Shown: one piece after another, positions 25,644-38,784 of the stretch
Numbering within the stretch: the first letter of the stretch is position 1
Layout: each line of letters opens with the position of its first letter
DNA from: Ginglymostoma cirratum
Taxonomy: Eukaryota
Direction: 5' to 3'
NCBI GenBank assembly: GCA_024137785.1
Contig: JAHRHZ010000035.1
Location: 24,451,601 to 24,515,600, forward strand
Length of the DNA: 64,000 nucleotides
Position numbers and translations under genes: made by a program
The notes under the pieces: generated by a model
Databases searched by the model: none
What the model saw: the letters and a program-made list of their open reading frames with translations, nothing else
Told to the model about the DNA's origin: nothing

Positions 25644-28600
25644 ATATTTCATTCCCTTTTGTAGTATAAAATAATCTTTTAAGTTTTATTTACAATTTCT
25701 TAATCAAAGTTGTAACATCTTTTATACTGAATTTTGGATTTACGTGGTAATTAAAGCAATGTATGCAGTTATCTTCTGAACAATAAGGAAGTTTATTCAT
25801 CATTCTTTGTAAATAAAAATGGAGATATCCAAATAATCTGCAATCATCTATTACAAACATGAAGAACTCTTTATTTTCCTCATTGTATCACATGTGTTGC
25901 TATCACCTTTCTCCCTTCATTAAAAAAAATCAAATATTAAATTAGTTAATTGGTATTGAAGCTGTTATAGCCTCCAAGTTTATCTTGGCTGTGAATTATA
26001 GGATGCCATAAATATTTATGTCCAAAAACTCCATACAGCATAAAAAGTGCATTTTGAAACGACAATAGGAAAATTATAATTGTATGTTGCACAGAAAGGA
26101 AGTTTCCCATGCAGCAAACAAGCTTTAATTAAATATCTACAGAATATTTGATTATTTATTTCATTGCAGGTAAATGTGTCTTTCGCTGCCGAGTAGATGA
26201 GCTAAGCAGTAATGATATCTCATCATAAGGCAATCCTGAGTAGCACTCCCAACCTTTACCAAAAAACATAATCATTGTGGACATTTTACACGAAGTTTTA
26301 AAAGTTAGAAAGCACTAACTATTTTACCTATTAGATGAGCAAATTGATGTGAAACGCTAATCTCTGCATTTATGTGGGAACAGTAACTCCTCCATAAGAC
26401 AATTGAAGAAAATACCTGGAAGTAGAAACATATTAGAAGGCAGTAGGTTACTTCTATTGCTAACTGAGATCATTTCAGGAGAAGGAACATTAGTTTTATG
26501 CTACTAATTACAATTTAGAAAAGACTTAATTGGTGATGTGGTGCATTTATCACCTTGAAACAAGCTTGTTCTACTGCTCATGTGGGCTTCAGTTATGGAG
26601 CAAAGTATTTTGATGCTCTTAATCGCATTTGTGTTGCTTTTGTTATTACTCTGATCTGTTCTCAGAAGAGTGATTGCATAGGGAAGATTTTTGAGAATTT
26701 TTCGAATCAATTATGATCTGTTTAAGGTTGAGCAAAATTGCTGGTAAAAATGTCCTTTAGTATTTATAATAGCATAACATTTCAATTTGATGAACCCACC
26801 GTGGTAGCTTACATTGGGTTGTAACAGAATAAAATGAGATAGATTGGATTTAATAGTTCCAATATTACACTGTTTGTGAAATGACCTGGCTACATAGCTT
26901 GAGGCCTGTTGAGTTTCTATAGCAACATTCACAAATTCCTATCTAGCTCATCAAAGTGAAAGACATATTTGTTTTGCTAGCGTAACTTTGTAACACAAAA
27001 GCTTTTTTGCATAACACCTGCTAATCTCTCCCTGGTCCTTGTGAAGAACCCTGCTGATCAGAAATTCAAATAAATGTTTCATGCTAATCTCAGCAGTAAT
27101 CCCTGGCCTTTGGTTCATTCACATCCTGTCAGGGAAAATAGTTTTCTCTATAAATCACCGTGCTGAAGCAAGCCTGCAGTTCTGCAAAGAGTGAAAGCAA
27201 AGGGGAAGTCACACTTCACCTTCAAAACTTTCATTTTGATAGATTGCTGGTTTTTGGATGGAGAGCAGATATAAAGACAATTTCAGGCAAATGCGAGCAG
27301 CAGAAATACAGCTGATCCACCATGTCCAGACGCTTTCAGATCGAAGCATTAACCAGCAGGGTCCGTGCTCTGCCTCTAAATAGAAAAGAAAGTTGAATGA
27401 AACTATAGAAATAATTTGAGAGAACATTGGGATAGGTTTGTTGCTTTTTAATTGTTCATTACAATGTTTATATTTCATGGAAATTATCTCATAATTGAGA
27501 ACAGAAGGCACTTGGAAGAAAGGCATTTCACAGAGATGTCGCCATAGCCAAGCCGCTCATTGATGTGGATTTAAATTTATAATTTGTTATTTTTACTTGA
27601 CTCTTAGCATTTCTAGTAATTCACCAAATCTGATTTTTTAAAAATTTAGCTCGGAGTCTCCTCCATGTTTTCTGTATATTTAGGATTAAAAACTCCCATT
27701 TACATACATTCAGACAAGAACTTTATCAAATACTGCATCTTGCTAATTTGGTGAAAGGCACCTCTTTGACCAAGCTGTAGCGTAACATTCATCGCTTTAC
27801 AGCCAAGGCAAAAGTAACACCCTATTTCGATTGCCAAACTCAGTAGCCTTATAGAATATGAGGGTTCTGTGCATTAGATACATGGCAACTTTTTTATAAA
27901 AAGTGTATGGTCCTGGAGAGCAGATTTATTCTTCCAAATAAAACTATGCCATGCTAAGCTGAATTACAGCAAAGGCTTTGGAGATATGTAAGACACTGGG
28001 ATCAGCAGACTGCAATCATCAATTGTACTTTCACTCTAACCACTTGACTCGAAGCTTTATAAAGCTTGGTTTTTCTCTCATTTGAACAGCTTGCAGTTTC
28101 CTCCCTCGTGGCAACATGTTACAGCAATATTGTATTCATCCTGATTTTTTTTGCCTCATGTAAATAGCTACTGGCTTCAAAGTTTTGCCAATAAGAACAA
28201 ACAAAAAAATCAGATAATCCTCGGAGATTATGTTATAGGGGTTCACAGAGGGCCATCCAACTTTCAAAGCCAAGTTGGTGTCAATGGAAGATGTTTCCAT
28301 AAGGAAAAAAGAATCTGCCAGTTGGGTGGAGTTATAGCATCAATGGCTAACCACAATTTAGACAGTTCTCTAGTTCAACACAATAATTCAGAAAGTTGCC
28401 ATGTCATCTTTATACCACTTTAATAAGTTGCAGTATTGATTTGTTATGAGTTTATGTAAATATGACAATAGTTTCAGTTTGTTTGCCTTGACCTATTGAT
28501 TTAATGGGATAGATTTATCAGTATATTGGCTTTGTGGGTCAATTAAACGTTTAAGAAAATTTCAGGAAAGTAGGGTCGCACAGTACAAAACTGACAAAGC

Positions 28601-31600
28601 ATGTTGTTCCATGAAAACGATTCATCCTCTGGCTCTGAATTAATGATAATACAAGCAGTTGTCCATCTATTTGTTTAACACTTATTTGCTATTGTAAATT
28701 TTACTCGTTCCAATTCAATGGCCAATGCTTTGGATTGTGAATTCTCTAAAAGTTCCATTTGAAATGACATGGCCTGTATAAAGGAATCCCTGCATTCAGG
28801 TTAATACCAGCATTGCAGGATGTTCATCCAGATTTCTTAATGAGTGAAGAGACCACCTTGCAGGAAAAACTGCTGTATAAATTCCATTTCCATTTTTAAA
28901 AATAATCTTCCAACATTTCATCTTCTGCTTGTTGAAAATACGAGCGCTCCTGTGAACAAACCACTAGGCATGGTCTCAGTCGGATACTGTGTTGAACCAA
29001 AAGCATGGCTATTTTCAGGCTATATGTGTTCTAACTACAGCGTACACGCTGTATTGATAGATAGTTTTATTTGATGAAGACTGTTTATTGATACAAATCA
29101 TTGGAAATGTTAAGGACTTTTTTTTCTGTGCAATCTGATCACCATTTTAAGTTTAAATATAAAGGAATAATAGTAACATGAATATTTTACTTTTTACATT
29201 TTACATTTTAACATTTACCTTATTGTCAGCATTTTAAAATGAAGCACTATTTTCATTTGCAGACATTCTTTAGCACGAGTTCTGTTATTACTATTGTCAA
29301 ATGATGAAAGTTTCTATGACTCTATGGGTTTAGTTAAATGGTAACAATATAGAAACACTGACTCACAATAATTATGACAATGTAACAATCATTTACATTG
29401 TTCATTAATTATTTTAACATTTTTGTTTTTTCAAATAGATCAGTTGCTAATTAAATTCCCTTCACTTGGTGGGTAAAAGTACTGCATTGAGAAAAACGTC
29501 TCACAAATGTCATGTTTTAAAAGAAATGCAGTGCAATACTGAGATTCTTAGCAGCTGTAGCAGCTCGTGTAAAGAAGCACTCTTTTAATCTTCCACTCAG
29601 AATCTGCACTGTGCTCCTCAGCCACATACCCAGTGCTGGGTTGCCAAGCATTGGCACTACCACATCCTTAAACAGTCCCCTCAGTACATAGTAACAGCTG
29701 TGAGCCTTCATATCATTGCAACACGTGCACCATCAGGTCTAACTGGAAAGTGCCAATCGCACAACTGCTTGAATTAGCAGCATCTACTTGTGAAAAGCAA
29801 ATCTGCAAAAAGCATTGAGAAGCCTTTGTGTTTAAATAGCTTTGATTCTGAAGTAGCTTCCAGTTTATTTTTATTTTGGGGGATCGGTGTTGGATTTGCT
29901 TTGAGTTCATTTAACACTGCTTAGATAGCTGGTGCCAGCAAAGAGGGCTCTGGGTTTTATTTGCCTGCAAAAAGGGCCTCGAGCTTATCAGCAGAAAGTT
30001 TCAAGCAGATATTTGTTGAAGAAATGGAGAAAGGCTCAGACTGTAATTAAGCAAACCGTATGTAGAAGTGTAAATGTCCAGGTAAATGGAGGAAGAAAAT
30101 TCATTTTCAATAGTTTCAATAGACACCAGAGACCCTTCACTATCAAGTGAGACCTGCTAACTTCACATTCAGTGGCACATGAGTGAAGATAAGATGCTAT
30201 GACCATTATACTTTACTTTGTTACAATGGAATTGGAAAAGAATTAAATATTGCCTTCACAAATCTACTGCTGAATATATCATTGTATTATATACCACAAT
30301 ATGTATGATGTAATACTGAACATTATCCCCATGATAATTAAAGGATTTCATTGGAATATACAACATGAAATGAAAACCAAGAGTGTTGCAAAGATTGATT
30401 AGATCAGTTGTGTCTACAAGTGTAACCTCAAATTGTGATGTTCAACTGTTGATCTACAAAGGTTCTGCATAATTTTTCAGATTGTGACTGATGTACCGTG
30501 CTTTTCAAGTATTTTCTAATTTTCTTTCTAGCAATTGTGGTTTTGTTTTCCATCTCCACTGCCCAGACAGGAGCTAATTCTCAGTTTTGCTTGTGAATCA
30601 AGTTTTATGCAAATCCACTGGTCCTTCCTGTCATGCAATTCAACATAACTGAATGCTTACTTCGTTTGTCCTGTTGATTATTACTTTGCCTGCAATACTG
30701 CATAAAAGGTCAGACTTTAATTCCATTTTTAGAAGAATATTCCTTTATATAGATGAAAAACATGAAAATCAATTAGAAAAAATTGCTGAAACTACTCTGA
30801 AGATTCATTTTGGTTATCACAGAATCAGGCTATAAAGCAAAATATATATTGCTGGCATCAGTTAATAAGTGAGATTTTTTTTCTTGTGGATTAAAGGCTT
30901 TAAATGAATATAATGACTGGTGCAAAATGAAAAATGAGAATCAAGCGAAAAGATGAGGTTGTTACAATTTGAAAATGTTATTTAAATATTTATGAGACCT
31001 TTATTTTCCATCTTCTCTGCTTTGTGAATAACAATCACATTTAGTTCTAGAAAGATTCCAGTGAGAGCGAGAGGAGCCAATTTAAAAAAAACTCCTTGAC
31101 CATTTGCATTATAGTGTATTGTGGAATTGACAGCTGTCTTCAGATGCTGTTGCAGTGTTGAAATAACTCTTGATGGTTCCTATGGTTCACAACATCAGCA
31201 ACATCTCCTGATGATATTGTAATCTTCCCATGCTTTCCATCTCAATGGTTGTTCTGGAATCCGAATGTTTTAAAGTGTATCTTGCCTTTGCAACTTTCAC
31301 TTACAACAAAAATGATAAAGTACTTTGCAAGTTGAAATTTATACTTAACTGTATTCTACCTTTTGTTGCTGGTACAAAAGTAGGGCCATTTGGGAAATAA
31401 ATTATGCAGGATGTTAGTATTCCACAGCCTGTAGCCTCCTCTTTGGTGATGTTCTTATTATGTGACTCTTGAAGTAGAACCAATGTTCGTTTCTAATTCA
31501 GGCTCATTTTGAAGACTGACTCAGACCCGAAGGTTTGCTGAGCAAATAGTCTCAACAATCATCTGGGCCTGATACCTGCTAATTAAATCCTGCGCAAACA

Positions 31601-32814
31601 TCCCTCTCTAGGCCAGTATCCGAAAGACAACCAAAGCAGAGAACGCCAGACATGGCTTTTCTCCAGATTTTCCTTCTCTGTCTAATCCAGCAGTTTCTTA
31701 GAGATTGTAACCTTTTCAGCACCAGAAGGTCAGGTTTTCTTGCCCTCAGTATCCAGCGTTGGAATTTTTCAATAAAGAGCAGCTGGGTCACAGTGAGATT
31801 CGGTAATACAAAAGCTGCTGTAATATCCTGTAGGCTTATGGAGCAAAACAAGAAGGAAAAAACAATCATGATGTTCACAAGAAGAGTCAGTCTTTGAATA
31901 TTTAGTCAGACAACTTCATAGCTCTGTGAGGATTTCTAAATTCTAATCCTTTAAGGCATACAATTGATATCTTGGAAGCAAGCTTAGCTCTTAATCATAA
32001 AAGGGTTTTTTTGTTCAGTTTAAGATATTCTGTGGAAAATGTTGTATTCTTTTTTTAACTGCATTACATTTATGTCCCATTTACAAAAGTATGGTTTTAA
32101 AATGGTTACACTACAAAAGTGCAGGGAGTATTTCCAGGTAGAATGCTGTTCTGAAGTTTAAAGGTTGTGCGTTATCCCGCTGACAGCTTGGGGGGATAGA
32201 AACACAATTGTCATAACAAGCCTTGAACGCTGTAGAGCATGTTGTCATGGCAACGCTATTTATGTGGCATTTGGCACACTGTTCATACCTGACCATAGAG
32301 CCTGCGACCCAGAAACAAAATGAAATTTCTTCCATTTGACAAAATGGATTTCCTGTTTTTTTTTCAAAATTCGGAAGTTCAAACATTTGCAATAATGTGA
32401 AAAATGTGTACCACAGCACCTCCAGCTGAGTTTAAGTGTCCAAGCCACAAGTCTTAGCCTATGAAGGAATCTGCCTGTATTTTCTTCGTGGAGAGTAGAG
32501 GAGACTGCATGTACATTACAACCTGGTGCAAGATAGGCAGCATCAAAAGAGAAATGTGTGCCCTTTACAAACTTGTCAGCTTTCAAAGATGACCAGTTTT
32601 TATCACCTTTCATACTGTATAGACAACTGAGAGATGGCTGAACGATGTGCCAACAGTAAACAATCACAGCTGGGTTCCTTTTTCTCATTTGATAAATGGG
32701 AAACAAAGAATGATTTTTTTGTTGGAGTACAAACCAAAGTCATGGTCGATTGTGCCTTTATAGTTCCTTTTCTGCTCCATATTTATAAAACATGGGGTGA
32801 CGATTTCCACTGGA

Positions 32815-33714
32815 ACCTCCTCCCACCCACCCTCCTGCAAAAATGCCATCCTCTATTCCCAATTCCTTCGCCTCCGCCGCATCTGCTCCCAGGATGAGAC
32901 ATTCTACTCCCGTACATCTCAAATGTCCTCATTCTTCAAGGACCGCAACTTCCTCCCCACAGTGGTCGAGAACGCCCTCGACCGTGTCTCCCACATTTCC
33001 CGGAACACATCCCTCACGCCCCGTCCCCGCAACAATAACCAAAACAGAATCCCCCTCGTCCTCACATACCACCCCACCAACCTCTGGATCCATCGCATCA
33101 TCCTCCGACACTTCCGCCATCTGCAATCAGACCCCACCACCAAAGACATATTTCCCTCCCCACCCTTATCTGCCTTCCGGAGGGACCACTCCCTCCGCGA
33201 CTCCCTTGTCCGGTCCACACTCCCCTCCAGCCCCACCACACCCGGCACTTTTCCCTGTAACCACAGGAAGTGCTACACCTGCCCCCACACCTCCTCCCTC
33301 ACCCCAATCCCAGGCCCCAAGAAGACTTTCCACATCAGGCAGATGTTCACCTGCACATCTGCCAATGTGGTATACTGCATCCGCTGTACCCGTTGTGGCT
33401 TCCTCTACATCGGGGAAACCAAGCGGAGGCTTGGGGACCGCTTTGCAGAACACCTGCGCTCAGTTCGCAACAAACAACTGCACCTCCCAGTCGCGAACCA
33501 TTTCAACTCCCCCTCCCATTCCTCAGACGACATGTCCATCCTTGGCCTCCTGCAATGCCACAGTGATGCCACCCGAAGGCTGCAGGAACAGCAAATCATA
33601 TTCAGCCTGGGAACCCTGCAGCCCAATGGCATCAATGTGGATTTCACAAGCTTCAAAATCTACCCTCCCCCAACCGCATCCCAAAACCAGCCCAGCTCAT
33701 CTCCTCCTCCCTGA
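32815..33714 (+). CDS. Penelope-like polyprotein C-terminus: RT thumb, Cys-rich linker and GIY-YIG endonuclease (partial; no RT core)
   Basis: ORF 32797-33714: SSHPPSCKNAILYSQFLRLRRICS, IPLVLTYHP, CNHRKCYTC, NVVYCIRCTRCGFLYIGETKRRLGDRFAEH, LGTLQPNGIN. The ORF's first codons come from flanking DNA, so the called start is not native. Confidence 0.9.
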   Translation, partial: TSSHPPSCKNAILYSQFLRLRRICSQDETFYSRTSQMSSFFKDRNFLPTVVENALDRVSHISRNTSLTPRPRNNNQNRIPLVLTYHPTNLWIHRIILRHFRHLQSDPTTKDIFPSPPLSAFRRDHSLRDSLVRSTLPSSPTTPGTFPCNHRKCYTCPHTSSLTPIPGPKKTFHIRQMFTCTSANVVYCIRCTRCGFLYIGETKRRLGDRFAEHLRSVRNKQLHLPVANHFNSPSHSSDDMSILGLLQCHSDATRRLQEQQIIFSLGTLQPNGINVDFTSFKIYPPPTASQNQPSSSPPP

Positions 33715-33980
33715 CCTGTTTTTCCTCTCACCTATCCCCTCCTCCCACCTCAAGCTGCACCCCCATCTCCTATCTACTAACATCATCCCGCCCCCTTGAC
33801 CTGTCCATCCTCCCTGGACTGACCTATCTCCTCCCTACCCCCCTACCTACACTCACCTTTACTGGCTCCATCCCCGCCTCTTTGACTTGTCTGCCTCCTC
33901 TCCACCTATCCTCTCCTCTATCCATCCTCTATCTGCCCCCCTCTCTCCCTATTTATTTCAGAACCCTCTTCCCCTCCCCC

Positions 33981-34016
33981 ATTTCTGATGAAGGGTTTAG
34001 GCCCGAAACGTCAAGT
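33981..34016 (+). ncRNA. Minimal type I hammerhead-ribozyme-like motif in the Penelope pLTR
   Basis: attt-CTGATGA(33985-33991)-A-GGGTTTAGGCCC-GAAA(34005-34008)-CG-TC-aagt; both core boxes intact, stem II GGG/CCC, short stem I attt/aagt. Confidence 0.7.
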
Positions 34017-34349
34017 TTTCCTGCTCCTATGATGCTGCTTGACCTGCTGTGTTCATCCAGCCCCATGCTTGTTATCATGGTTAAGTTAAGGGTTTATTTA
34101 TGAATAAGAGTGTATAGAGTTTTTCATTGCTCATATGTGAAACCGATACACAGTTGCTGGATTTTATTGTTGAGTTTTGTTGCTTTCACATGGGCAATAA
34201 CTTAAAGACATGCCTTTACCCACCATCCTTCCACTTGAAGAAAGCTGAACTTTGGGAAAAAAGGCTGGGTTCCTGCTGAACAAAACCTAAATTCACGTAT
34301 AAAATATTTGGTGGTTGAGGGAGGCAAGGCAGTCAGATGTTTAGTCATA

Positions 34350-34600
34350 AAACATATGAAATAGGAACAGGAGTAGGCGATTCAGCTCCTCAAGCCTGCC
34401 TGCCGTTCAACAAGGTCATGGCTGATCTGCACCAGGCCTCAGCTCCTCTTTTGTGCTATCGTCTCGTGGTCCTCAAGTCCTTGATATTTAAAAACTTTAT
34501 CTAACTCCTCTTTAGATATTTTCAGTGATCTAATCTCCACAATTCTCTAGGGTAGAGATTTCCAGATATTCACTACTCTTTGGAAAAGAAATTCCTTCGC
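34350..34600 (-). mobile_element. CR1 3' end fragment
   Basis: aacatatgaaataggaacaggagtaggcgattcagc... is a reverse-oriented CR1 tail, same type as 11598 and 57430. Confidence 0.8.
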
Positions 34601-34609
34601 ATTGTGAAT

Positions 34610-34995
34610 TTGCTATGAGGAAAAGTTGGACAAATTTGGATTGTTTTCGCTAGAGTGTCAGAAGCTGAGGGGGCGACCTAACAGAAATATATAAACTTAT
34701 GCGAGGCATGGAGAGGGTGGATAGTCGGAGTCTTTTTCCCCAGGTGGCAATGTCAAATACTAGGGCATATAGGTTTAAGGTGAGAGGAGAGAAGTTTAAA
34801 GGAGACGTGCGAGCCAAGTTTTTTTATCCAGAGGGTAGTAGGTGCCTGGAACATGCTGTCAGGGGGATATGGTAAAAGCAGATATATTAGGCAAAGTTTA
34901 GACAGACACACGAACAGGCAGGGAACAGGGAGATATGGACCATGGGCAGGTAGTTGGGATTAGTTGAGAATGGCATTATGGTCAGCACAGACTTG
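34610..34995 (+). mobile_element. CR1 ORF2 C-terminus and 3' UTR fragment
   Basis: Encodes YEEKLDKFGLFSLECQKLRG-DLTEIYKLMRGMERVD and later FKVRGEKFKGDVR. Confidence 0.85.
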
Positions 34996-35989
34996 CCCCA
35001 AAGCATTTTTTAGAGGTGGAAATAACAGGTCATTGAACGGAAGTGGGAGTCGAGCTATCAGAGACGTTTTGTCCTCATCGAACCCGGATCCACTTTGCAT
35101 AAGGAAAGCAGAAAATTGTAATCTGGTCAATGTTGATTAAAAACAGACTTAGAATTGAATGACACCTGACACGTTTGGAATAGGATATGAAAGTTTCCCC
35201 ATGTTATTTGGGGTGTAGCAAATTATGCAAAGTGATATTCCACATTACGAACCAGAAATACCTTTCTATTAAAGGCTTCAAGTTTTTTGGGAGCTTTGGC
35301 CAAGACATTATTAATACAGACAGTTGTTTAAAAATAAGTCACATAGTGCAATTTAAATATGAAACCATAAATGGTGTTTGTAAATTAATTATTTCACCCA
35401 GGGTTGGGAAATCTGTAGAAGCAGACAACACCAGCAAATTCAGAACAAGCAGTTTTTAGAGAGAAAGGTGACTAAGAGCTGCAGGAGTGAGAATGTTAAC
35501 AATAGCATCCTGTCTGAGACAGGCAAGCTCTCTGCCTGCATGTCATATGAACAAATTGAACGTAGGAATGGCCGGAACTATGGCAGAAACAGTGGAGTAA
35601 AAGTACTTGCAACAGTGGGTGGACATCTCTGTGCGCATCATGAAATTCCTAGGCATTTTCACAATATTTTTACCCTCATTATAAATTCCAATAATGACAT
35701 TTACAATATCATCCTAATCCCACCAGTTGCTGAATTTCTCTACACACATATTTTTATTTTATTTTGATCTTATTGTCAAGGAGTAAGACTGTGATTTGAA
35801 ACACCAGTGTAAAATGAACTTATGACTTTCATATATGATGCTTGCATTTGATTTAACTAACAGAAAAAGATGATTTGAAATATATTGGGAATATAAAAAT
35901 CGTAGCCAGAAATTGACAGTCTCATACAGGAGTGGCATGGCATCAGTAACCCTCATTGTGTTTTTAATTGGCTGAGTAGTTCCTGCAAT

Positions 35990-36280
35990 CATGTATCACC
36001 TTTCATGACCCAAAGATGTCCCAAATTGCTTTGCAGTCAGTTAGCACCTTTTAGCCACTGATGTAATTCACGATGTGGGACATAGAGCAAGATGCCATAG
36101 CACCCAGGATGATAACGACCGTATGATTTGTTGTTTAATGATGACAGTTGAGTGATAAACTGTACAGAACTCACCTAGCCTAGAATTGCACTCAAGCTCT
36201 GCAGTGGGTTTTGAAAGTTTCAACGTTGTTGTCGTGTGGAAAATAGGTCTCAATTCCACATGAGAGATGAGGCACAAAAC
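35990..36280 (-). mobile_element. Very old Deu-like SINE fragment
   Basis: cacctttcatgacccaaagatgtcccaaattgctttgcag tail motif, as at ~18900 and ~40930. Confidence 0.4.
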
Positions 36281-38382
36281 TCAATGATAACAATATACTT
36301 TTTTAAAAAAAGGCTGCTTGTTTCAAACCCTGCTGCTTTTAAATTTAAAGTTAAATGCAATAGATCCTGATTTTGTGTAATAATGTGAAATGGTCGATAG
36401 GAAATCAGCATCCCAAATTAACTACCTCCTGGCTTGAATGGAAGTAAAGATTGGGAAAAATAACATTGATCTTGATTCGCCATCTCTATATCCAATGAAG
36501 ACAATATATATTCTAGTGTATCCAAGGCATGAAAATCAGCTTCAGACCTCATTGCATGGCTCTTTTTCACATTGACCTATTCTCAGCAAATGTCTGGATG
36601 AGTTGTTAACAGCACGAATGAAACAAATGTCAATAAATAAAGCACATTTCATAATTCTTAATAACCTTAGAATAAATGAAAAATATTGTGACTTTGACTC
36701 TATTCATTTGATTGCAAAAATAACACTGAAAGCGTTAAGCATACATTTAAAGGGAAGTTATTGTTTCATAAAGAATTATGGAATTTTAAAAAATTAACTT
36801 CTGTGCTTCATCTTTGAGGAGTTTAACATTTATATGACAACACCTGGCTGTCGATAAAGACAAAAAAATGGATCTCACTCCCATCCAGAGCATTCAGGTT
36901 CAGTTTGCACACATCCGCAGAGCATAAGGCAATTTTTATGCTTCATCAAAACGTTGTCCATTCAGACTGTAAAGTGAGTTAGTAGCCCAGCATATAGAAT
37001 GTGCCAGCAATTACAGTGCACATCAGCTGCTGCCTTGCTCTGAATGACCTAATCTGCTGTGCCATTATTCATTTGTTTGGTCTCATCCACTGGGACAAGG
37101 AACAATGCAGTCTTTTTTTCTCCCACATGGTTCAGAAGGTGTGTTTGTGACACCTCTGTCTTGTAGTTTCATCATGTCCTCTTGGCTTCTTCGTCACATC
37201 TGGTGGGCATGGCCAGAAGGAAAGGCCAGCTCTGAATGTTTGACACGAAAGATGTTCAATATTTTTAAGAATGATTCCCCTCTTGCACTTCCTGATGAAA
37301 AAGGCTATTGGGAGAGAAGGGAAAAGAAAAAAAAGAGGGTGATGAAATGTATGAGAATAGCTCTGTGTACTTTGGCTAACGAAGAATAAACAGTTAGTTA
37401 TCTGGAGACCAGGTACACATCCAGTGTTTAGTCAGCTGCAGTGTCAAACTACAGATGTTACAATATAGTGGTTTGTTGACAGGGGTTTCTAGTTTTGAAG
37501 CCAGTTTACACAGTCTGTTGCATCCCTGGTTGGAAATAAAGGAGACTCAGCCAATGAAAGTCCATTATATTCCTCACACAAGTGAACTATGAACATCGTG
37601 GTACACCATGGTGAAAGAACTTTTGGAATATGTATTATCATATTTGTTTATATTCTAAGGTACTATTTCCTTTGGAAAACAGTCATAGAACACAGCACGT
37701 GGTGTGTACCACTGAGCGACCATTCATTGCAGCAAATAATAGCCTTCTGGAGCAGAGAGAGAAGGCACACAATTCAGGAAGGAACTCAGAATTTAGAGAA
37801 AGAGAATCAGTTTGCAAGTAAAAGCTTACATATCTATATTGTGACCTACTGTGGAAAAAAATACAGCAGTTTAAGGCATGTTACATAGTTCTTGAGAGTT
37901 GTTCATAGTTTTAAAAATTATTACCCCAGACATGAAAATTGTTTTTCCTTCCCCTTTTTACATTGTTTGCATTTTGGTGTAATCTTGACACAAATGAAAC
38001 TGACAGTGAAACAGACAAGTAGCGTGGTGAATTTCACTTTGAGCTCAGTGCAAGACTGGTGAGAGTGAATGGCCAGTACTTTAATACACTGCACCTGTTT
38101 CTTTTCCGTTGAAGTCACGATTAGGTTTGTCAATTGGTTGTGCTACTCTTCAAAGTGATTTTCACCCCCCCCCGTCTCAAGCACGAAACATTTTTTATCT
38201 TCAGATATTTTCATTGCCATGTAAGGGAGAACTGTTACAATCAATTTGTAGGGTCCTATACATGACTATAGCCAGTTAATCTAATTTGTTGGCAGTGGTT
38301 GAGTGAAGATAGATATTGTGCATTGGGATGTTGAATATCCACCAGAACAAACAGGGGATCAGTATCATCTCCCATCCAGGGA

Positions 38383-38734
38383 TTTTTTATTCATTCATGG
38401 GCTGTAGGCTTCACTGGCTGGGCCAGCAGTTTTGTACAGGTTCCTAATTTCCCATAGAGCAGGTAAGAGTCAAGCACATTGCCATGGGTATGCAGTCACA
38501 TGCATGTGAGATCAGGTAAGGGTGGCACATTTCCTTGCCCAGAGGACATTAGTGAACGAGATAGCTTTTTGTGACAAGCAGCAATGGTTACATGGTCACC
38601 ATTAGATGAGCAGATCTTTGTTAAATCCAAATTTCACTAGATGCCATCATGGTTTTGGACCCATGTCCCATGAACATTGGTTGGCGTTCTGGATTACTTG
38701 CCCAGTGATATTACCACTACTCCACCGTCTCCCC
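38383..38734 (-). mobile_element. tRNA-derived SINE (second family)
   Basis: Minus strand begins ggggagacggtggagtagtggtaatatcactggg (A-box-like) and ends ...catgaatgaataaaaaa; a matching head fragment lies at ~6923-6960 (+). Confidence 0.75.
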
Positions 38735-38784
38735 AAGGTTCTAACAGTTGAACAATTTTACACTGTACTGAGCTGTTACCATAC

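Larger units (their letters stand above)
32815..34076 (+). mobile_element. 5'-truncated young Penelope-like retroelement (Neptune-like) with 3' pseudo-LTR
   Basis: Abrupt switch to C-rich, CpG-rich sequence; uninterrupted ORF with RT thumb and GIY-YIG endonuclease; pyrimidine-rich UTR; hammerhead motif; 3' end shared with dispersed family A pieces. Confidence 0.92.

Noticed and set aside
28052-28067. Perfect 16-bp palindrome AAGCTTTATAAAGCTT
   Set aside because: About one such palindrome is expected by chance in 64 kb of AT-rich DNA.
32843-33799. 318-aa Pro/Ser/Thr-rich ORF and other overlapping ORFs on both strands
   Set aside because: Shadow frames of the C-rich Penelope ORF; low complexity, no domain.
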